From: Oligoflexales bacterium
Lineage (GTDB): Bacteria > Bdellovibrionota_B > Oligoflexia > Oligoflexales > Bog-1112
Assembly (NCBI GenBank): GCA_045106415.1
Contig: JBGCEP010000030.1
Location: forward strand, 1-64,000
Length of the DNA stretch: 64,000 nucleotides
Reading direction: 5' to 3'
Part shown: one piece after another, positions 9,977 through 18,459 of the stretch
How the letters are laid out: every line of letters begins with the position of its first letter
Numbering within the stretch: the stretch's first letter is position 1
Made by a program: the position numbers and the translations under genes
The notes under the pieces: generated by a model
Database searches by the model: none
What the model saw: the letters and a program-made list of their open reading frames with translations, nothing else
Told to the model about the DNA's origin: nothing

Positions 9977-10567
9977 TCATTCCACCCGCTGACCTAAACC
10001 CTCTAAAATCAATTGTGCCATACGATGCACAGTCTCCAGGGTTCCCTTATCTTCTGTTGCAATAGCTGAAAATTCGGGGGATTTCTGTGAATTCAAATCA
10101 TGACTCAGTATTGAAACCTCCACCGCCGATTCACAATCTCTCTTATTATATTGATAGATACAAGGAATTTGATCTAAATCGTACCCAAGATGCTTCAAGT
10201 GAGCTTTTGATTTCTCTATGCACTCAAGATTTTCTTGAATTCGATCAAACTGTGAATCAACAATAAAAACACAACCATCAAGACCCTGTAAGACCACATC
10301 TCGTACTGAGGGAAATGTTTCTGAAGGTTCAGTGAAAAGGTGAAGTTTAACATGATAGTCTTCAATGCGACCAAGGCTCACAGGGAGAAATTCAAAATAC
10401 TGATTTCCTGTTGTGGGGCTCGCAAGTTCTATTACACTCTGATGGCCTTGTTGACTCGCGCTTCCTCGGTACACAGATCGTAAATTCTGAGTTTTACCAC
10501 TGCCAGGAGCTCCAAAGTAAACAATCTTACAGCTCACTTCATTTCGCTCATGATTGACAATTGCCAT
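9977..10567 (-). CDS. mglA: MglA-family small Ras-like GTPase (atypical active site)
   Basis: CKIVYFGAPGSGKT, FEFLPVSLG, GLDGCVFIVDSQ, QYNKRD align over the full length with myxobacterial MglA; ATG at 10567 after GAGGG. Confidence 0.85.
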   Translation of the reverse strand: MAIVNHERNEVSCKIVYFGAPGSGKTQNLRSVYRGSASQQGHQSVIELASPTTGNQYFEFLPVSLGRIEDYHVKLHLFTEPSETFPSVRDVVLQGLDGCVFIVDSQFDRIQENLECIEKSKAHLKHLGYDLDQIPCIYQYNKRDCESAVEVSILSHDLNSQKSPEFSAIATEDKGTLETVHRMAQLILEGLGQRVE

Positions 10568-10657
10568 GATTCCCTCACTCAGGTTTTGACCGACAAAACT
10601 TATGAACAACACATACCAGCCTTCATTCTATCTCAGTCGGGAGGCCATGGAAAACAA

Positions 10658-12505
10658 TCAACGGTGCGTAAACCTCACCTCTCCTTTTTCTCCACCTAAC
10701 ACATCTAAGACAACTTGCGCCACATCACCTTCTAAAAGTTCTTTTTCAATTTGCTGTTTTTTTTCATCTTTTTGCACAGAGAGCAATGCACCCACTGTAT
10801 TTTTTGCATGACGATACTTTTCAGAAGCAAGCACTTGAAAAACTCCTTGAAAACCAAAAAGCTCATTCCAATCCGCTAAAAGTTTCGCAGTTCCTTCTCC
10901 CTCAGTTTCTCTTAAAGCAATATCTCCTGGAACAACACCAAGCACAATTTTTTGAGAAGAGAACTCCAAAGGCACAGCTTCTGAAAATTTCGCCGCCCTA
11001 AAGCGCCTTTTTTTCTGCCAAGCTCTAAAAAAATCAAACCATGTTGCAGGAAAATCTGGATTGAAATGGGATGACTCGAGATTGGGCGTGTCAAGATCAG
11101 ATGATTTCTCACCATCAGCATGTCGCAACCTCTGCTGAGAACTTTCAGACAACACTCGCCCTACTGGGGTTGAAAAAGAGACTGAGGGCACTTCCGCTTC
11201 CGAAAAAGAGACTGGGGGTACTTCCGCTTCCGAAAAAGAGACTGAGGGTACTTCGGATGCAGGTTCCCTGGACGGCTGAAAATTCTTTGTTAAATTTTCA
11301 AAGTTTTTTTTTTCAGGATTTGACTTCTGAGACAGCTCTGCACGCAATAGCCCCAATGGTTTAGCCTGAGAACTTGAGACACCACCTTCACCTCCACCTG
11401 ATTGCATAGAGGGCTCTGAACACCATTCAAAAATATTATTTTCCAAAACAAAACGATCTAAAGACGAGCCGTCCATTTCTTGAAGGCAAGCCATCAGCAT
11501 TCGAAAGATTTGATGGAAATCACGCGTTTCAACATGAGATATAAAAACCATCAACTTGGCTTGATCATCTTCCCGCAAACCCAAATTCACTAATTCAGCA
11601 GATTCTTTCCCTAGATGTTTAGCCACAAAACTATGCCGGACCCACTGCATCAAACGAGATAAGACCTCTTTAAATCTAGCTCCTCTTTGATCTAAATACT
11701 CAATTCCTGCAAAAATTCTTTGCGCATCTCGGCGAACCAACGACCTTAACAACTCAAAACAAACACCCGTTGAGACTCCGCTGGTAAATTCAGTCACAAC
11801 CTGCGTTTTAACTTGGCCTTCACCTAAAGCGATAACTTGCTCTAACAAAGTGAGCGCATCACGCATCGAGCCTTCACCTTCGCGAGCTATCAAACCAAGT
11901 GCGCTATCTTCATAAGGAATATTTTCTTGATCTAGAATCCAACGAATACGTGCAACAGCATCATGTTGGCTCATTTTTTTTAAATGAAAAGTTTGACAAC
12001 GACCAATGACAGTTTTTGGAACTTTATGAAGTTCAGTCGTAGCAAGTATAAAAATAGCGTGAGCAGGTGGCTCTTCTAATGTTTTCAAAAGAGCATTGAA
12101 AGCATTCACAGAAAGCATGTGAACTTCATCAATAATATAAACACGGAAGCGTGAACGCTGAGGCTTATAGTACACGCTCTCTAAAAGAGAGCGAACTTCA
12201 TCCACACCATTGTTCGAAGCCCCATCGACTTCTTGAACATCTTCATGAACACCACGAGCAATTGCGACACAACTATCACAACTCCCACAAGGCTCACCCT
12301 CCTGGGCAAGAGTGCAATTTAACGCTTTTGCATAAATACGAGCCGAAGTGGTCTTACCAATCCCACGTACCCCAGAAAAAATAACACCGTGCGCGTAACG
12401 ACCCAACTTCACAGAATTCTGAAGAGCTCGTACAGCAATATCTTGGCCAACAAGATCAGAAAAACAATTTGGACGATATTTGATGGCAATGGTTTGATAA
12501 GACAA
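10658..12505 (-). CDS. dnaX: DNA polymerase III subunit gamma/tau
   Basis: KYRP..F.DLVGQ, GVRGIGKTT, Cys4 Zn module, DEVHML, LLKTLEEPP; TTG start at 12505 after GGAG (the ORF-track extension runs into the SRP RNA). Confidence 0.95.
   Translation of the reverse strand: MSYQTIAIKYRPNCFSDLVGQDIAVRALQNSVKLGRYAHGVIFSGVRGIGKTTSARIYAKALNCTLAQEGEPCGSCDSCVAIARGVHEDVQEVDGASNNGVDEVRSLLESVYYKPQRSRFRVYIIDEVHMLSVNAFNALLKTLEEPPAHAIFILATTELHKVPKTVIGRCQTFHLKKMSQHDAVARIRWILDQENIPYEDSALGLIAREGEGSMRDALTLLEQVIALGEGQVKTQVVTEFTSGVSTGVCFELLRSLVRRDAQRIFAGIEYLDQRGARFKEVLSRLMQWVRHSFVAKHLGKESAELVNLGLREDDQAKLMVFISHVETRDFHQIFRMLMACLQEMDGSSLDRFVLENNIFEWCSEPSMQSGGGEGGVSSSQAKPLGLLRAELSQKSNPEKKNFENLTKNFQPSREPASEVPSVSFSEAEVPPVSFSEAEVPSVSFSTPVGRVLSESSQQRLRHADGEKSSDLDTPNLESSHFNPDFPATWFDFFRAWQKKRRFRAAKFSEAVPLEFSSQKIVLGVVPGDIALRETEGEGTAKLLADWNELFGFQGVFQVLASEKYRHAKNTVGALLSVQKDEKKQQIEKELLEGDVAQVVLDVLGGEKGEVRFTHR
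11172..11254. repeat. 30-bp in-frame tandem repeat (~2.8 copies) in the dnaX linker, encoding SEAEVP(S/P)VSF
   Basis: gaaaaagagactg(a/g)ggg(c/t)acttccgcttcc units start at 11172, 11202 and 11232. Confidence 0.95.
11290..11314 (-). other. Putative dnaX slippage/frameshift site (G-A10-C) yielding the gamma subunit
   Basis: Minus strand reads GAA AAA AAA AAC TTT GAA AAT TTA A; one extra A gives CTT TGA, one fewer A gives ACT TTG AAA ATT TAA. Confidence 0.7.
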
Positions 12506-12520
12506 AGAAGACTCCAAAAC

Positions 12521-12647
12521 AAGAAACCCACAGTGATAACCAGATGATCCAAACACCTGGTCAAGCTACTACCGTTGCTGCCTTCCGGCTCTGGCGGGAT
12601 TCATAACCGACCACCATCTGGGATCTGGTTATCACTCTAGGTTCCCT
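12521..12647 (-). ncRNA. ffs: Signal recognition particle small (4.5S) RNA
   Basis: Minus strand has the helix-8 core GCCAGAGCCGGAAGGCAGCAACGG (GGAA tetraloop, CAG/AGCA loop) inside a long hairpin closed by AGTGATAACCAGAT/ATCTGGTTATCACT; lies directly upstream of dnaX. Confidence 0.92.
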
Positions 12648-12712
12648 GCTAACAGGAGAATTACTCTTATCAAACGAAAGCCGAGTTGCACAAGAGAAAA
12701 CTCAACTTTCTC

Positions 12713-14212
12713 TTAAGAACGCTTCTTTTGATTTGCCAACTGTAAAGCTTGAGCAAGAGCTCCACCCGCAGAAGAAGACACAACAGCCTTATTTGCTTGG
12801 CGCTTAAGGTAGTCTTCAAAATCAGACTTCGCTTGATCATCTGCCTCTAAGCCAGGAAGCGTTAAGCGAATTTTTCTTTCTTTCGCATCAATAGCTGCAA
12901 CTTCAACATCCACAGAAAGACCTGCTTGTGATTTTTTACGGTAAGCAGCACCCCAGGCTTCTCTCAATACAGAGATAGGCAGCAAAGCATTCACACCTGC
13001 TTTAAGCTCAATCAAAGCTCCGAAAGACTTTAAGCTTTCGACAACACCAGTGTATTTTTGTCCAATTTTAAACTCCTGCTTAACCTCAGACCAAGGGTCT
13101 TGATCCGCAGACTTCATAGATAAGCTCACTCGTTTTTGTTGCTTATCCACTTCAAGCACTCGAACATCTACTCTTTGACCAACAGTAAGAACATCCTCAG
13201 CCTTGACAACTCTTTTTTCCCAAGACATTTCAGAAAGATGTATCAATCCCTCAAGGCCTGCTTCAATTTCAGCAAAAGCTCCAAATTTTGTAAGGCGAGT
13301 CACTGTCGCTGAGACCTGATCACCTGTTTGGAGTTGTATTTGAGTCCAAGGGTCTTCCTCAAGAGCTTTACGGCTTAAAGAAACTCGAGGTCGATCGCCA
13401 CTTTCATCAATAGATAAAACCTGAATTCGAATCTTTTCCCCTAAGGAGACAAGTTCGTTCAGCGGCCGACGGCTATGACTTGCTTCTGAGACATGCATCA
13501 TGCCTGTCAAACCACCAAGATCGACCATAGCGCCATAGTCACGAATCTCTTCTACTGTCCCTGAAGTAACATAAGGACCTGCAGTAAGAGCTTCCTTTAT
13601 ATCTTCAATTTGCTTTTTAATCAGAGTTTGAAGAAGACGAGCGCGAGACACAACAATGTTTCGACGATCAAACTTTTCTATCAAAAATTCGAAAGTTTTT
13701 CCGAGATAAGCTTCCTGGTCTTTTACAAACTTACTATCTATTTGAGAAATCGGACAAAAAGCCGTCTTACCAGCAAAATGAACTTCAAACCCACCTTTTA
13801 TAATTTTTTCAACTCGACCTTTAACAGGCAAACCATTCTGATACGCTGTCTCAAAAGTTTTATCTCGACTAGCTCCAGCAGAAAGATTTAATGACACAAC
13901 CAATTCATCTTCAGTTTTTTCTGCGACATAGACAGCAAGGCGTTGCCCCACATCCAAACCTTTTAGCTGCTCTGGAGTGAGTGCTGAGCGACTCATAGCT
14001 GCGGAGGTCTGGGCCACAGTTTCTAATAAGATATCTTCTCGGCCCATTTTAACAATCGTCGCAAAAACGCGATCACCAGGCCTTAAATCATTGTCATCAC
14101 CGGTTTCTTGAGAATCCATTTCAAGTAACATTTTCTCAAAGCTACCTGAAGAATCCTGATCTTGCTCGAGGTTATTATCATCCTCTTCCCAACGAATATC
14201 GAGTTTTGACAT
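12713..14212 (-). CDS. rpsA: Ribosomal protein S1 / multi-S1-domain RNA-binding protein
   Basis: Repeated S1 domains (AFCPISQI, YGAMVDLGG..GMMHVSE, FGAFAEI..GLEGLIHLSEMSW); ATG at 14212 just downstream of the tRNA; may be a paralogue. Confidence 0.8.
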   Translation of the reverse strand: MSKLDIRWEEDDNNLEQDQDSSGSFEKMLLEMDSQETGDDNDLRPGDRVFATIVKMGREDILLETVAQTSAAMSRSALTPEQLKGLDVGQRLAVYVAEKTEDELVVSLNLSAGASRDKTFETAYQNGLPVKGRVEKIIKGGFEVHFAGKTAFCPISQIDSKFVKDQEAYLGKTFEFLIEKFDRRNIVVSRARLLQTLIKKQIEDIKEALTAGPYVTSGTVEEIRDYGAMVDLGGLTGMMHVSEASHSRRPLNELVSLGEKIRIQVLSIDESGDRPRVSLSRKALEEDPWTQIQLQTGDQVSATVTRLTKFGAFAEIEAGLEGLIHLSEMSWEKRVVKAEDVLTVGQRVDVRVLEVDKQQKRVSLSMKSADQDPWSEVKQEFKIGQKYTGVVESLKSFGALIELKAGVNALLPISVLREAWGAAYRKKSQAGLSVDVEVAAIDAKERKIRLTLPGLEADDQAKSDFEDYLKRQANKAVVSSSAGGALAQALQLANQKKRS

Positions 14213-14247
14213 GATGATTGCCTGATGTTTAGTGATTGTATAAAAGA

Positions 14248-14337
14248 TGGCGGAGAATGGGGGATTCGAACCCCCGATACGGTTCCCCGTATACCCGCTT
14301 TCCAAGCGAGCGCCTTCAGCCACTCGGCCAACTCTCC
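14248..14337 (-). tRNA. tRNA-Ser(GGA)
   Basis: GGAGAGTTGGCCGAGTGGCTGAAGGCGCTCGCTTGGAAAGCGGGT...GGTTCGAATCCCCCATTCTCCGCCA: 90 nt, long variable arm, encoded CCA. Confidence 0.97.
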
Positions 14338-14569
14338 TCAAAAAACTGCGAAATAACCACAGTGATGCGCAAACATATATCAAAATTTCAACGAAATCTA
14401 GTTCTTTTCAAGATCAAGCCTACGAAGGCTTTTATAAAAAGACAACAAAAAGGCTTTGTGAAAAAAGAAATAAATCCTTCTATAGATAAAGTTTTATCTA
14501 GCAAATTTGTCCATAATCTCTATTTTTTTTATACTCACCATTCTCTCTCAAACCATAACAGAGGCTGAC

Positions 14570-16312
14570 ATGCTCAAAAATCTGCTTGCCATTTTATTAA
14601 TGCTCACTGAAATTTCATGCACAACACCCGGAATCTACCCCTCCTCAACCTCCCGACCACGCAGAGATTATGTTGCCTACGGGTCTCAAGCTGCCATTTC
14701 CACAGCCCATCCTCTCGCTTCTCAAGCTGGATTAGCAATTTTAAAAGAAGGCGGTAACGCTGCTGATGCAGCAATCGCCGCTTCTTTTGTTATTTCTGTT
14801 GTTAGACCACACTCAACAGGACTCGGAGGCGGCGGCTTCCTGCTGTATCATAACCCAGACTCAAAAGCTCTAGAAGCATGGGACTTTAGAGAAAGAGCTC
14901 CTTCCGCATCACAGAAGGACATGTTTCTCACTCAAGAAAAAAAATCTAAAGATTATTCTTATAAAGGACAAAGTCTTAAGCACGCGTCACAGAATGGCCC
15001 TTTATCTGTCGGAACACCTGGCCTAATCTCGGGGCTTTTAAAATTTTATCACGAACACGCGTCTATGCCTCTCGCTCGCTTAATGTCTGATGCAATCGCG
15101 ATAGCAGAAAACGGTTTTCCTGTCTACCCATCCCTTGAAGCAGCTCTAAAAAAACGACAAGATGCTATCTTCTTTTTTCCTGCTTCTCAAAAGATTTTTG
15201 CACCAAACAGATCTCTTTTAACAACAGGTGATTTGCTCATTCAAAAGGACCTCGGAAAAACCTTAAGAGCCATCCAGTCACAAGGAGCAGATGTTTTTTA
15301 TCGAGGTTGGATTGCTAAAAAAATCACCCAGGACATTCAAAAATATGGCGGTATTTTATCCCCAAGAGATTTCATAACATACACAACTCGAACAAGCTCG
15401 CCACTGATAGGCACCTACAAAGGCTACACTATCGCTTCTATGCCATTGCCTTCTTCAGGCGGAATCCATCTGATACAAATGCTAAACATGTTAGAAGACG
15501 ACACATTCAACACTAAAGAACCCATGCACTATGAAAATTTGCATATTATAGCAGAGACGATGAAAAGAGCCTACGCAGATCGCGCTCATTATCTTGGAGA
15601 CCCTTTGTTTGTTAAGGTTCCAACAAATAGTTTAATTTCAAAAGCATATGCAAAAAAATTAAGACAATCTATTCAAAAAGACGCAACACCAGCAGATCAG
15701 ATTCACAACGGGTCTTTTCCTATTGAACCAACAACAACAACTCACATTTCTGTTGTTGATGCATGGGGAAAAGGAGTGTCTACTACTCAGACCATCAATG
15801 GGTATTTTGGGTCTGGGATGGTTGCCGAAGGAACAGGTATCGTCCTCAACAATGAGATGGATGACTTCACAGTTCATCCTAATATCCCCAATTTATTTGG
15901 ACTTATGGGGAATGAAAAAAATGAAATAGCCCCGAAAAAAACAATGTTATCTTCGATGACGCCTACAATGGTTTTTGATCAGAAAGGGTCTCTTCATCTT
16001 CTTGCAGGATCTCCTGGGGGATCAAGGATTATTAATGCAACGTTTTGGACGATTTTCAACGCTCTCTCGCACAAAATGACACTCGCTGACGCCGTCCACA
16101 AATCACGTATTCATCACCAATGGAAACCTGATACGATTTATCATGAATTAGATTTATTACCAAAAGAGACAATTCAAAAATTACAAGAAAAAGGACACAC
16201 CCTCAAAAGCACAAGAGCCATAGGAGACGTTCAAGCAATTATGAAGCGTCCCGACGGCTCTTGGACGGCTGTGTCAGATACAAGATCCGACGGTCAGCCT
16301 CTTGCTTTTTAA
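14570..16312 (+). CDS. ggt: Gamma-glutamyltransferase, probable lipoprotein
   Basis: GGNAADAA, GLGGGGF, DFRERAP, catalytic TTHISVVD, LNNEMDDF, LSSMTPT, GSPGG; signal peptide ending ISC. Confidence 0.95.
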   Translation: MLKNLLAILLMLTEISCTTPGIYPSSTSRPRRDYVAYGSQAAISTAHPLASQAGLAILKEGGNAADAAIAASFVISVVRPHSTGLGGGGFLLYHNPDSKALEAWDFRERAPSASQKDMFLTQEKKSKDYSYKGQSLKHASQNGPLSVGTPGLISGLLKFYHEHASMPLARLMSDAIAIAENGFPVYPSLEAALKKRQDAIFFFPASQKIFAPNRSLLTTGDLLIQKDLGKTLRAIQSQGADVFYRGWIAKKITQDIQKYGGILSPRDFITYTTRTSSPLIGTYKGYTIASMPLPSSGGIHLIQMLNMLEDDTFNTKEPMHYENLHIIAETMKRAYADRAHYLGDPLFVKVPTNSLISKAYAKKLRQSIQKDATPADQIHNGSFPIEPTTTTHISVVDAWGKGVSTTQTINGYFGSGMVAEGTGIVLNNEMDDFTVHPNIPNLFGLMGNEKNEIAPKKTMLSSMTPTMVFDQKGSLHLLAGSPGGSRIINATFWTIFNALSHKMTLADAVHKSRIHHQWKPDTIYHELDLLPKETIQKLQEKGHTLKSTRAIGDVQAIMKRPDGSWTAVSDTRSDGQPLAF

Positions 16313-16313
16313 C

Positions 16314-16661
16314 TTACAAAGGCTTAAAAACCGCAAAATAAACAGTGATTGTACCTAAAGCAATCACTGCTCCTAATGATTTCAACGAATTTATTCGCCT
16401 CATCATTACCATTGCTCCACCTAAAACAAACCACATTGCTGTTTTCAATATCACCCATGGAGATGATGAAATTCCAAGGCGAGCAGCCATACCAAAACCA
16501 CCGACAAGAGCTAAAATCATCCCAAAACCATGAGTCATCGCCAAAGCTCTAAACCCATCATCCGTTTTTGAACGCCCAACTGCATACCAACAACCCAAAG
16601 CACCTAGTGACGTAAAAATCGCAATTAAACCTGAAAAATGTAAAAATCGATAAACTTCCAT
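16314..16661 (-). CDS. Small four-TM membrane protein
   Basis: YRFLHFSGL...THGFGMILALVGGFGM...WVILK...FKPL; ATG at 16661 after GAGGTGG. Confidence 0.75.
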   Translation of the reverse strand: MEVYRFLHFSGLIAIFTSLGALGCWYAVGRSKTDDGFRALAMTHGFGMILALVGGFGMAARLGISSSPWVILKTAMWFVLGGAMVMMRRINSLKSLGAVIALGTITVYFAVFKPL

Positions 16662-16784
16662 AACCACCTCTGCAAAATGAATGCTTTGATGACTATCATT
16701 CAGCAAACCTAAAAACAATTCTTCTTTTTTAAACAGACATTTCACTATAAATAAATCAACACTCTACTTATACTTTTCCAAAAT

Positions 16785-17813
16785 TCACTTTTTCGTACGA
16801 CTCACAGGCACAATCGTTCCTGGTATAGCAGGGTCGTAGCTTTTCGCTTCAGTGTGACCTTTTGAGTCTTCACCATCTTTTAAGGCATCTGAAGCTTTTG
16901 CAAAAAAACTTGAAAAAGCATTCCCTATTCGAGTCGTCACTCTCGCTGATTTAGATTGATATGGATTTTCATGAAATTCACCGATATCCCCATTGTCGTT
17001 CACATCCCAGTAACCTAAAATTTGATCAGGACTCACTCTTCCCTTAAGAGCCGCTCGCTTTGTTTTATGAAGCTCATCGCTATTCTTATCGAGATCTACA
17101 CCCTGCACATCGTCTTTAGTCTGAAAACTAAAAACTACTTTTCCACCACCTTTCACAAAACGACCTTCATCAAAAGAGGCATCAGCAAGCGCAGACTGAA
17201 CGCTCAAACGCCCTGTGACATAGACATTTTTATCTTCTTTAGTTTTCTTTTTATGTTTTAGTTTACCACTATCGTCAAAACCAACAGGGTCTGCATCAAA
17301 ACCATTCAACATTTTATTTTGAATATCTTTTCTATTTTTCATTCTTGCTCCCCGGAAAATTTTCTTTCCAGAGGGAATCTTCGCTTCATTTTTTACATTA
17401 ACATCTATATCTTTCTGATTTTTTTTCTTTCTAGAATCATCAACACTACAACTGCTCGCTAAAGTTAAACATGTTGAAGACTTCTCTTTTTCACGAAGTT
17501 CTTTCTTTTTCTTTGCTTTTTTATTTTTTTTCTTTTTCTGAGCTATTTTTTTTCTCTTTTTTTTCTTGTCATTAGCAAGAAAAAGACTTAAGTCCTTTTC
17601 TTTGTCGTCAAAAGCATCAAGATCATTAAGTTTTGTCACCAGAATAATTTCAGCAGCCGATGACTCCGACCCTTCTTGAATAAGAGCCAATAACTTTGGA
17701 TCTGTTGTCTCCGAATTTAAACGAATATATAACGCAGATTCTTCAGCACTATAGTGCTCGCTCTTTTTAGTAGAACCACAAGACACTAAAAATATAAAAA
17801 TAATCCACTTCAT
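16785..17813 (-). CDS. Lipoprotein with a Lys-rich segment and a C-terminal ADP-ribosyltransferase-like domain
   Basis: Lipobox LVSC after MKWIIFIF; IFRG...GF, YVTG, GVDL, GRVSPDQILGYW, GEFHENPY pattern. Confidence 0.6.
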   Translation of the reverse strand: MKWIIFIFLVSCGSTKKSEHYSAEESALYIRLNSETTDPKLLALIQEGSESSAAEIILVTKLNDLDAFDDKEKDLSLFLANDKKKKRKKIAQKKKKNKKAKKKKELREKEKSSTCLTLASSCSVDDSRKKKNQKDIDVNVKNEAKIPSGKKIFRGARMKNRKDIQNKMLNGFDADPVGFDDSGKLKHKKKTKEDKNVYVTGRLSVQSALADASFDEGRFVKGGGKVVFSFQTKDDVQGVDLDKNSDELHKTKRAALKGRVSPDQILGYWDVNDNGDIGEFHENPYQSKSARVTTRIGNAFSSFFAKASDALKDGEDSKGHTEAKSYDPAIPGTIVPVSRTKK

Positions 17814-18459
17814 ACTTGATTCCCCCAGACAGCGTCCGCAATACGTATCGGGACCAAGAAAGAACAACTTTAAAAAAAATTTTTAATGTTGGATTTTCAG
17901 ATGATTACACACAAAAAATCCCGAATCGGTTCATTAGAACTGTTACCCAAAGTGGTTCATCAAGAAATCTTAATAAGAAATGTTTAAATAAAAGAAGAAA
18001 TCGCACAAAAAATCTCAAACAGGGTGATATTAATTTGTGGACAAGAAACAACTCACTTTGCTCGTATGAGAAAAGTGAAATTATCTTCGATAAAGCAAAA
18101 AAATTATTTGAAATCTGTATGAACATATTGAAGATTAACTTCTTTTAGCTTTTAGGCAATATTCTCTTCATTTTTCGTTGGGAGGAAAAAACTAAAAACA
18201 TCTCTGAATCTAGATAAAGGAACATTGCCTTTATAGTCAACAAGATCCAAACCTTGCATTTTTCTTCGAACCAAACGGAGACCTAGACTTATTACAGAAG
18301 CAATATCCCGCCTTGTTTATTCTTATCTGATCTGGGTCTATTTTGGCCTCTCCTAGTTATTGGGGTGTCTAGGCCAAATGGAGGTCACGTTTATAGATGA
18401 AATCTATAAAAGAAGAGAAAATATATGATATATCTTAAACATCACAATGGAGAAACAAC

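Noticed and set aside
11172..11254. 30-bp repeats as a CRISPR array
   Set aside because: They are contiguous with no spacers, in frame within dnaX, and no cas genes are present.
12506..12556. N-terminal extension of dnaX
   Set aside because: It overlaps the SRP RNA; TTG 12505 has an RBS and gives the conserved SYQ..A.KYRP start.
14213..14568. ORF-track extension of the S1 gene and short ORFs 14083-14331, 14236-14568, 14247-14489
   Set aside because: They run through tRNA-Ser; these are shadow ORFs of the tRNA.
16314..16661. Immunity protein for the ART-like lipoprotein
   Set aside because: It has its own RBS after a 123-nt gap and looks like an ordinary small membrane protein; nothing links it to the lipoprotein beyond adjacency.
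17816..18260. Short ORFs upstream of the lipoprotein
   Set aside because: They are AT-rich, lack an RBS and recognisable motifs, and may be spurious or decayed remnants.
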